Shown here: positions 53,224-64,000 of the stretch, in pieces
Layout: the number at the start of each line of letters is the position of its first letter
Numbering within the stretch: position 1 is the stretch's first letter
NCBI RefSeq assembly: GCF_006345805.1
Contig: NC_043009.1
Span: 69,750,001-69,814,000, forward strand
Reading direction: 5' to 3'
Length of the DNA: 64,000 nt
Origin: Octopus sinensis
Taxonomy: Eukaryota
Translations under genes and position numbers: made by a program
Notes under the pieces: model-generated
What the model was told of the DNA's origin: nothing
What the model saw: the letters and a program-made list of their open reading frames with translations, nothing else
Database searches by the model: none

Positions 53224-56200
53224 TATATATATTTATCAAATGGGTGTGTTATAAAACTATTCCGCACATACAATAACAGCTATACTAACAATCCAACATA
53301 CGTCTATTATCAGCTGCCCCACGGATGTCACTATGCTTTCGACACCTGATAAATAGGAAATAGTGGCACAACAAGGTACCGATTTTTGATGGAAATAGCA
53401 ATCGATAATCACTCGACGCTAGGTAAAGCTGCATTGAATGTAGAGAGGCAAAGATGTGTGCAGGCGGCGAAAATAAAAAAAAATTCGTCTCACCTCTTGG
53501 AAGAACGCCAGAGAAATGGACAACGTGGATTGCGTATATTGCGGGGGCTGAGATATCTTCGTAGATATCCTGTTATGGCTCTTTGTCTAAACTTTCCCTG
53601 AATTATTTTCAACTTAACGCAGTGTAAATATAAACCCGAGTCAGTCTATTGCCAATGTGTGTATATTGGCGAAAATTACGAGTAACTGACGGGCTTGGAG
53701 CTCTCCGACTCCTCGCTGTTTTTAGGTTTGAAACATCGCCAGGGGCAGGTTTTAACTTATTTCCCCTTCGCTCTATTATTGACACTGGTATCCGTTACCA
53801 TTTTAGCGACACACTTCATTTGACATTTACCACATATTTGTTGTCTCCTTCGAAAAATCTTGCAAGAAACAGAATGTTGTTTTAACGGGAACATTCACTT
53901 AAGATGTACAAATTTCATTTCAAACAAGAGAGATATTCGTTATTAAATTATAAAATGGTTGTCGTTTCCAATCATAAAGAATATAAATACAATTTCATAA
54001 GTTATATTTGTTTCTCTCCATTCCTCTGCTTGTCTATGCACGCATGTTTTCTTCTAAAATTGATCAAAGCTGAAAATACAAATAACCTTTTCTGTCAGGT
54101 TTTCGTTAGCAATGTTAATGATTCTAGTATAAATTTCTGTACAATTCTAAAAGAAGCAAATTATCCTCAGAACAAAGGATCACACACACGTATACTCACA
54201 TAAGCACACACACATACACACATACACAACCCGCGCGCGCACACACGTACAGGCATGTATATTCAGATTCATACGTATTCTTGGAGGCTGGTTGGCTGCC
54301 CATAACTTGTCCCTTAAACTGTTGTTACTAGTGGACGACTACAGTAGGAACATTTGCAAGGGAGGCATTCTGCAGAGCGAATAATTCAAAGAAGAATGAG
54401 TTGATGCCGTGGTTAGTTTGGTGGTTATGCTTGGACATATTACGTGAGGCAAGAAGCGGAGACGTTCGTAGGTTCTGAAGTTGTTTAATATAAATGACAA
54501 GATATCCTGTTGTGGATCTTCGTCTAAACCTTCCCTGAATTATTTCCAGATGTAAAAGACCTAAAGCCACTGTAAGAGCATTCGAAATATCAGCCATAAC
54601 ACAGCACACGCATGTGAACAAGAAGTAGAAGTGTGTTTGCTAATGTTTTGTGTCAATCAACTTTTTTCTTGATGAAGATTTGCGTGTATAGCGGCAAACT
54701 CCCAGATACTTGAACGCAGAGATTTTTGTTTTGGGATGTGGTTGAAATATTTTCTGAGTTTGAAGTGGAAGCTTTGCCATTGGGATGTACTCTTTGCCCT
54801 TCTATGATGTGCAATCGCTAGAGAAAACCGTCAGTGAAAGCGAAGCACGGGATTTCAAGGGATCCTGCTGCGTCTAGTTGCGTGCATTTCTTTTACTTTT
54901 GAAAGAAGGCGACGTAGATTGATAAATGTTTGTTTATGAGCTGTGATTGTTCTTATGGTAGTCATAGCGATTAGATTGGTATGAATGATATCTTTGAAAA
55001 TGGTTTTTAATCCGGATTTAGATTTAGCTGTGTCTAAGCGGTCCATGGATGACACAAGTTCGAGAAAAGTTATGGAGAGCAGAAAGACGGTGTCAGCGTT
55101 ATTGAAAGTGATGACAAATATGGCATTGACGGGTAGAAGGAAGGGCACTAGAGGCGCAAAATCTTAACTAAAAATGTAAAACATTCAATGGCTACGAATT
55201 ACAAAGGATAAAAGAAACTTCGTATGGAATACTCTGAATTCTTGGGTTTGTGTATTAATAATATACGAGAAAATAGAAAAAAAAAATTTAAGAATCGTTG
55301 ATCAGAATAAATCATTTTTGGAGAAACATCCGACATTGAAAATATAACCCAAAATATCATTTTAAGTAAAAGACGAAATCATTAACACAATTTCTGTTCA
55401 GTGCCAAATTAACCAAAGAAACAGTGAAAAACTGCAAGTACCATGCTTGTTGAATTTGTATTATAATTCAAGTTGACACTTATGAATTTAAATCGGGTAA
55501 AATATTTGTTTGAAGGAATAACAATACTTTAGCAAGTGGAAATTCTATTTAACTTTATCTAAAAGGTATAATGAAGGTGATATAAATGAAACGGAATAAA
55601 TTGTTGGGAGAGCCGAATTACTGTAGACCGTCAATAAATGTGAAGAACACAGGAGCAGATAAATTCTCTTGAGTAAAAGGTGAGATTCATGGGATGCATG
55701 TAAATTTTCAAAATAACAAGATTTCCGAATCTACTGAAAATATTACACAAAATTTAGAATCTAAAATGTATTTATTAAAAATTCCCTGCGTTTACACTGA
55801 ATCGATGCTGAAATAATTGTTGAAAAAATGTAATTAAAATCCGCCAATTAATTCCCATTAAGAAACTTGTGAAATGGCCTGGCAAAATACAGAGCAACTG
55901 TAGGAATTTAAGAGCATTTTCGACATAATTCCTTGCGCGCATAAACATGGATATACATATAGGAAAAGGGACACACACACACACACGTATATATAGATAC
56001 TCATACATATACCTTCACTTCATACATGCACACAAACAAATGTGCGCGCGCGCACACTCACACGCACGCAGACATATATATATATATATACGTGTACACA
56101 CACATCTTTGATATCTCGAATACTTCATTCCCTACGGCTGTTTCGACATCCCCACATATGTTCACAAGCATATTATTATATTATTATTATTATTATTATT

Positions 56201-56419
56201 ATATTCTTTCAATTTTGTTTCTATTTCTTGCCGTGTGTCCTCCTAAGACATGGGGCAAAGAAACTCATTGTAGGCCATCAAAATAAACACACCAGATTGA
56301 TAATTTACAAAGTCGTATGATAGAAAAAAAAGGGGGGGGAGAAAGACAGAGAGAAAAAGGAAAAAAGAAAAAGTAAACAAAAAAAATAAAGGGGGAAAGA
56401 GAAAGAAAATTCACAGCGA

Positions 56420-56660
56420 TAAATACTCTTCTCAACGCGTGTGACCAGTTACCAGGTAAGATAACCTTTTGCCCTTCCTGCATGGATAGTAGGCCAGGGA
56501 TCATCCTCAAAGCATTTTCGGTTCTTTTTTTGACCACTCCAAGTGCTCCTACAATCATTGGTATCGTAACCGTCTTGAGATGCCTCATTTTTTTTCGATT
56601 TCAATTAGACAATCTTTTAGAACATCATTTGCTCTCATCATTCATTATCGCCAATAAGAA
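56420..56660 (-). mobile_element. RLE-type (R4/Dong-like) non-LTR 3' fragment
   Basis: KD.LIEIE...HLKTVTIPMIVGALG, IPG..S.QE.QK and HALRRV. Confidence 0.75.
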
Positions 56661-58053
56661 TCCATGTGCAGGATCACACACGCTCAACATTGAAGTCACA
56701 AACTATTCAAGTTGAAGTTATTATTACAAATTCAACGCAGAAATCTCTCGGTGGTTCTCTTGTGCGTCATCACAGAAACGAAGCTGTATGCATATACACA
56801 CATGTTTAAGTGTGAATATACTACATATGCACAGATATAGGCATACATATGAAGTACACACGCACACATGTACACTCTCATACACACACACGTATTTCTA
56901 CACACATACTATGTTACATGCATATATAACATTCACTGAAATACATTGTACATGCACGCATGTGTGTGTGTGTGTTTGTGCGTGTGTGTGTGTGTTTGTG
57001 TGTGTGTTTGTGCGTGTGCAAGTGTACTTGAGAGAACTTGTTAATAGATGAAGCGAGCAAAGCGCAAAACCAGATTAATGCAATTCTTAGGCGCCTGACT
57101 AGATGTGCCAGGATCGTAGAAAAGAACTGTCAGCACATTTGATTATTTAATGTTTTTAACAGAGTTTCATGTCAGAAGCAGATGGAAAACAACTTAACAT
57201 GAGCAAAAAAATTGTTTATTTAACATAATTCTTCTATCAAATCACTAATAATAAGTAAACCAAAAGAAGAAGAAGAAAATACTTGGTTCAGAAAAGTATT
57301 TCATGTGTTGGATGTTCATCCTTTTAAACTAAATAGCATAACAATGCCGAGTGGAAATTTCTACATCTTAAAAGCTAATTTCTACGTATAAGTAATGAAA
57401 AGAAAGCATATTTATTATATGCTGACCGGTAGCAAATATGATCCAGTCCATCTATTACTTAAATCTATGTTGACAGCAAGTCTACAGCTATAGAAATCCA
57501 TTTTAATAGAGACTCAAAATGATATTAAGTATATACCTGAGAGACATTATGATGCACGAATTAATAGAATTCTGTGATTTTTTACATCGTTATTTATAGC
57601 TATTCGATGCATTATAAAAGTACAGAAATGGACTGGTGTTTCTTGTTTAGAATTTAATATTTTTCATGAATCCCGATAATTCAAGTAACTGGTTTCTAAC
57701 TCCTGACTTTTCCCGGCGTCAGACAAACAACAGATGAATCTATTATGTTAACAAGGTTGGTGTTTGTTGTAATGATTTAATTCTAGGTTGGTCCTTATAG
57801 AGCAGATCTATTACAAAGGTGCGCCAGACTTGACTATTCCGTCTTTTATGAAAACATCCTAACTCTAAGACAACAGCATTCAAAATGTACTTCGCGTTTC
57901 TTCACACGTCAGTGTTCGGAAGAGACTTTAGCTGCTATATTTAAGCAGTTTGAGCAACCTCACAAAGATTCTATCGTTAGTTCTGAGACAATGTGCAATT
58001 ATTTACCACCCAGTTTAGCATAGCTATTAATATTGAAGCCCTCTATAACTGTG

Positions 58054-58088
<35 letters not shown>

Positions 58089-60004
58089 CGTCTCTTCAAA
58101 TCGTACAGGTGTTATATTTAGCATTCGGCCCTTGGCTACACATTTGTGGGAGAAGCGGACAATCGACTGAATCTAATTAAAATATTTCTGAAATATTTAC
58201 TTTAGCGATATTGAAGAAATAAAAAAGTAACGCCATTGTGACACACAGGAATCTAAGTGTATGGTTGCACTAATTCCACCAACTTTGATCTAACAGTAAA
58301 TAATTTTTCTCGTATCATTTCTGAATTATAACCGATCATGATTTGAGGAAATATAATCGAATCATTTAATTCTTTAAATGCACAACATTGTGTTGTATTT
58401 CCCCGTCTAATGCATTTCCCCTTTTCCAGCATAAATTCTTGTTTCTTTAACCATTACCTTTCATGTGAACTGAGCGCCAGTTGACTTAATGAAGTGAGAC
58501 AAATTATATTTTTAATTAGCATAAAGATAAAAATCATTTGTGCTAAAATAATTCATCTGAAAAATCAGAGACAACGACTGAAACATTTAAACTGATTGGA
58601 AATCGATTAGCAGCATGCACATGGAACTGGGTCTGTTCGTTAATAAGTACAAAGACAACTTGGAGATTTATTATTTCGGTGTTATTATCTATCTTCAGTG
58701 TAGCAGACTTTTGTGTCTCCCTTAACAATGTTAAAAAAATTAATCTAAAATATTTGTTTGCTTTGATTAATGAAGAAGTGGAGAATTATTCGTGGAATCG
58801 ATAACCTTTCCCAGTCTAGTAAGATTGATGCGGTGAATATTAATTATAAGTCGATGAATGGAAGATAAGACACTGCGGGAGACGAGATGTGTCTTTTTGT
58901 TTTTTCATAGTTTTGTTTAGAGGAATAGGTTGCATATGTAGCCGTAAACAGGCCAGCTGGAGTCGGCAAGATTCAGGCCGCGGATTCAAGGGGCTTAAAA
59001 TAATAAGCAAAAGGCATTCAGCTACAGTTTATATGATCGTTTGTGAAATGCTTTCATCTCAAAGATATTTTATCTCTTTTCGCGGATTCACGCTGCATCT
59101 GACGTCGTAACTGTTCATTGTAAGGTGCAAGGTTTCCCTGTGTTTATTGAAACCATCATACAGTAAACGAATTTTGATGTGTAGAATTAGTTTTAGGCCG
59201 CAAGGGCAGAGATTAAAATGCAGCACTTATGACCAATTAAATGTTCAGAATTGGTGGCGAGAGAATGACTGCAGGAAGCCGTTTGTGTATTCCGTCGTTG
59301 AATGGCGGAATTTATGTTTATGTCTAGAGTCTCATGAATACCTGAATTTGGTAAACGGTAAAATAATGAAGAAAAACAGTAAACAGAAGGGACCAAGTAG
59401 AATCCGATAAGTAATCTGTGTAGCATCAAATATGTAAGACAAGTTTGCAAAGTGGAATCAATTATTTTGACATAAGACAGAGAAGATGATGAAAGGTTTT
59501 ATGGCAGAGTTTTGCCATAAACGAAATGGGTTCAACTTATGCCGAACATTTAACCTCTTCCTCCTCAGAGCAAAACACTTGATTCGACTTTATATACCGG
59601 GGATTTTCGGAATTTTTGAAGGAAACTGAAATATTCATAATATCTTTCTAAATAGAGAGGAGAAGTATAATTGCAGGTGTAACTAAAGGTATATAATTGC
59701 TCTAACTAAATGATTCCTTTATTTCTAATGATGAAACTGTAAAATTCCAGGTTTGACTATCAACTATTTTCCCTGGTAAACTTTGTCCCAGAAAATCCTT
59801 GGATAATATGTGCTTCCATTTTGAGGAAAATAGAATGGAATTGGAGAGATTTGTTTACTTTTTTTTTCTTTGCTGTTTATTCCTTGTTTAGTTAACTAGA
59901 AATGGTAAATAGTTAACAAACGATAAACTTCAAAAACCTCAAACCTGAGATAAAACCTGAAGCGTGAAGAGCGAACCCTCTCTCCCTCTTTATATATCTT
60001 GTAT

Positions 60005-60213
60005 CTTTTATCGTCTGCTTGTCGCTGTGATTAGTTGCGGCCAAGCTGGAGCGCTGCCTTGAATTTTTAGTTAAATGAATCGACTCCAGTACTTATTTTT
60101 AAAACCTGGTATTTATTCTATTAGTCTCTTTTGCCAAACCACTAAGTTACAGGAATGCAAACACACCAGCACTGGTCGGCAAGAGGTGGGGGGTTAAACA
60201 CAGACACAAAAAC

Positions 60214-60215
<2 letters not shown>
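60005..60215 (-). mobile_element. 3' half of SINE family C
   Basis: Aligns with 50390-50560; tail ggcagcgctccagcttggccgca..gataaaagata. Confidence 0.75.
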
Positions 60216-60219
<4 letters not shown>

Positions 60220-60265
<46 letters not shown>

Positions 60266-60509
60266 ATATATACGCATACATATATACGTATATATATATA
60301 TGTATACATATCTATGCACATATATATATATATATACACACATATAAATATATACGCACACATATATATATGCACATACATATATACACGCACACACATA
60401 TATGCACATACATATATACACGCACACATATATATATACATATATATATATATGCACATACATATATATATACACACACACATATATATACACACACACA
60501 CATATATAT

Positions 60510-60561
<52 letters not shown>

Positions 60562-60635
60562 ACACATACATATATATATATGCACATACATATATATACA
60601 CACACACATATATATACACACACACACATATATAT

Positions 60636-60681
<46 letters not shown>

Positions 60682-60930
60682 ACACATACATATATATATG
60701 CACATACATATATATATACATACGCATATACATACACACACACATACATATATATATATACACATATATACACATTCATATATATACACACATATATATA
60801 CACACAGACACATATATATATACACAACTATATACACATATATATATATATATAAACACATATATACATGTACACAGAGACGCACATATACACACACACA
60901 CAATATATATATATACACACACATATATTA
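60220..60930. repeat. Long (TA)/(CA)/(CATA) compound array
   Basis: Direct inspection. Confidence 0.95.
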
Positions 60931-60996
60931 ATAGAAATGGCAAGATAACAAAAGAACGAAAGAAACATCGATATTACGTAAATAGAGGAATTTATC

Positions 60997-61491
60997 TGTA
61001 AATATAATGTGTGATAATTATTATTCGCTAGCCATGATAAAACTCCGAGGAGCTATTAGAATGACCGCTAAGTAAGCGGAAGAAAATATATATATATACC
61101 CGTGTATGCAAGTATGTATTTTTTTTGCGAATGTGTGGGTGAGCATGTGTGCTTCAAGTGAGGATGGATGAGTATAAACATATAGGCGCATGTACGTGGG
61201 TGTGTGGGTGCGCATGTGTATGTATGGACATGCGCGCTTAGGCGATTACTATGAACATTTTTACTCCCTTACCTTTACTCCCTTCCCTTACTTAGCGGTC
61301 ATTCTAATAGCTCCTTTGTCTTGATAACGGTCAATCACACAATAATTTCCCTTTGTTTTAACGGTCATTTTCATGGCATGTTTTTCGATGGCCCGATAAC
61401 TGAAGAGATGCCGGCGTGGGTTTCCGGCACGACATCCGAAACTCGGAATGTTATCATGGCTACCGAATAATTGTCACATATTATATTTACA
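60997..61491. repeat. Interrupted long inverted repeat
   Basis: 61048-61076 and 61287-61315 are a perfect 29-bp inverted repeat; 60997-61049 pairs imperfectly with 61442-61491. Confidence 0.85.
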
Positions 61492-61542
61492 CACAAACAT
61501 ACGCACAATACACACATGCACACACACACACATATACATATA

Positions 61543-61608
<66 letters not shown>

Positions 61609-61838
61609 TGAGAGAGATCAGTTTCCAAAGTAATTCCTGGACATCAATTCATATCTAGAAGTTTTGTTTCATACAGAGAAATTGATGGGAAAATAAGCGA
61701 TAAAAATATAACACTAAGGTGAGATTTGTTTACCAATATTAAATATTTATATGAATCGCGAAAGAGTTTTTCATGAATATAACTTTTCATTTGACATACA
61801 CACATCTGTGAGTGAATGTGACGTGTGCGTATATATAA

Positions 61839-61876
<38 letters not shown>

Positions 61877-62247
61877 TTCGTTTCACTTCTCCAAGTAAGT
61901 TTTTATTTATATATATATATGTATGCATTTGTACATATAATTATATATATATATGTATACATTTGTATATATAATTATATATATATATGTACACATTTGT
62001 ATATATAATATATATATATACACAACTATATACACATATATATATATATATAATATATATATATATGTATACATTTGTATATATAATATATATATATATG
62101 TATACATTTGTATATACAATTTATATATATATATGTATGTATTTGTATATACAATTTATATATATATATGTATGTATTTGTATATACAATTATATATATA
62201 TATAATATATATATATATATATACGCTCACAAATACGTATATATATA

Positions 62248-62394
62248 TACTAAGTAATTAAGGGTTTAGCAACGATTTGCCTCACCACACACCGAATTTA
62301 GAAAGTAGAAAGAATAGCCAAACTCCTTTGACTGCTATTTCTAAATTCGGTGTGTGTTGAGGCAAATCGTTGCTAAACCCTTAATTACTTAGTA
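62248..62394. mobile_element. MITE-like hairpin (about 57-bp arms, 33-nt spacer)
   Basis: tactaagtaattaagggtttagcaacgatttgcctca.cacacaccgaatttagaaa and its reverse complement with one mismatch. Related single arm near 49785-49870. Confidence 0.85.
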
Positions 62395-62680
62395 TTACTT
62401 AAACATTCCTTGAATGGGGCTTTTACATGCCGAACTCTACTTGGTGAAATTAATCATTATTCCAAATTAATTAATTTCACCCTTTATTATTGATATATAT
62501 ATATATATATATAATATATATATATATAGTACATGTATTTACATGTATACGTACATATATGTATGTGCCTGCGTGTGTTGGGGAGTGGATGCATATGTGA
62601 AACCCATCCCACGAAAAACGGTGATGTAGATGCTCATGAGTTTTGACATGGACTGTGAAACTTAATATTTGATATTGACC

Positions 62681-62919
62681 AAAGGTAGTGTAGTACAATC
62701 GTTTCATGCTACTTCATTTTATTTAACCCTGTAAGTATTACATCAGTTTTAAAATGTCGAGCAATCTTCAGCCACATATAGAATTTTATTAATTAAATGG
62801 ACAATGTACATTTTGTCAACATTACAAAGAGGGTAGATATATTGATATATATAGCATACCAAATTATGGTGCCTTTAACTTAAGTACCATATTCAGCTGA
62901 ATCTAAATTTTGCTGAACT
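62681..62919 (+). repeat. Dispersed repeat family D copy plus adjoining module
   Basis: 62681-62840 resembles 51080-51257; 62855-62919 is an inverted match to 53029-53094. Confidence 0.75.
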
Positions 62920-63372
62920 TTATATATATATATATACATATATATATATTTCTTTTTTCAAATATTCTACAGCATATGTGTGTACGTGCTGAACCAAATA
63001 ACAATATAATGTTGCTATCCAAATAATACCAAATCGGAAACGAGAAACTTATATCGAGATTATAGATATTGAAAGACATTCTGTTTCTTCATTTTGACAC
63101 TTTAGAAGAGAAGATAAGGATTCTTGAAGAAAGATGAAACTAGTTGGCTGGATCCGCATTTCAATCTGTCAAAGCCACTTTGCTTCACACACACATGAGT
63201 GTCATACTGTTTATGTTTAACCTCTCGATCGTTATTTATTCATGACCACAAAGAATTATGTGATTCTGTGCACACAAACGTACGCCAGACAGAAAGAGAG
63301 AGAGAGTAAGAGAGTAGAGGAGGAAGGGGGGCACTTGCATCTGTATAATCTATGTGTGTGTGTGTACCTCTA

Positions 63373-63414
<42 letters not shown>

Positions 63415-64000
63415 GGCCCGTCTCTGTGTGAATGTCTGTATGTGCGTGCGTTGCATTTCAAGCAAGGCTAAATATTAATAAAAGTGATGTTGGTATCGTT
63501 TAACACCAGATCAATCCTAAGTAGAGAGAGCAAAGATCTTTGGTGTTACGACCTGGTCATTCTATTATTCTTTTGGCTACGATTACATAATTCCATGAAT
63601 GGATCTCTCCGCGTTTTAGACGTCAGGGTGTAATTCGACGGAGAATTGAGTAATAATTTCAGCACTTCATGCGACCAATTCAAAGTTTGCTCTGTCAAAT
63701 AACTTATATATTCAGCTGACTGGTAACTTTGATAATGCATTGACCCTTGATTATTTAGTTCTGTTCTTTCTCAAATTAAACCATCCTAATTTATATAGCA
63801 TTACGATGAGTTCCTCTCTTGCCACAACTTTGCCGTATTAATACGGAATGAGTTTAGATATTCCACACGCGTAGTTTCCGTAAATTATTAATCGAACAGC
63901 AGAACGTATCCGTCTTGATTCGATATATAAATGATAATTGACTCAGAGGAAATGAGGAAATACACTAGCAAAAGCAAACTTTCTATCAGGCAAATAAGAG

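Noticed and set aside
53492-53597. Candidate upstream phase-2 exon with a good GAG|GTGAGA donor
   Set aside because: The peptide (GKFRQRAITGY...) lacks CUB N-terminal features, and part of it is duplicated at 54.5 kb.
741-63478. Dozens of ORFs rich in YI, CV, HT, RE or LS dipeptides
   Set aside because: They are translations of (TA)n, (TG)n, (CA)n and (GA)n microsatellites that lack stops in some frames.
1-64000. CRISPR arrays, rRNA or prokaryotic operons
   Set aside because: No regularly spaced direct repeats with unique spacers, no rRNA-like sequence, and the DNA is clearly eukaryotic.

Overview
AT-rich, microsatellite-dense eukaryotic genomic DNA. The tRNA-derived SINE families and (TA)n/(CA)n/(CATA)n density resemble an octopus (coleoid cephalopod) genome; this is inferred from recalled repeat families, not from a search. 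The only supportable host coding sequence is two minus-strand exons (48317-48441, 41859-42011) that splice in frame into most of a CUB domain. The window is probably largely intronic to that gene, whose other exons I could not find. The rest is transposon debris: RTE, R4/Dong-like, Hero/NeSL-like and four CR1/L2-type LINE copies, a mariner, a Chapaev3-like element, MITEs, fold-backs and several SINE families. Nearly all ORFs in the supplied track are microsatellite artefacts. Most notable: a tRNA-headed SINE (three copies) carries a minimal type I hammerhead ribozyme fold near its 3' end. One copy has an intact core and lies sense inside the CUB intron. A second, unrelated repeat family carries a variant of the same fold. 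Three SINE families each occur as close head-to-head inverted pairs, and there are several long hairpins. No ribozyme activity or expression can be shown from sequence alone.
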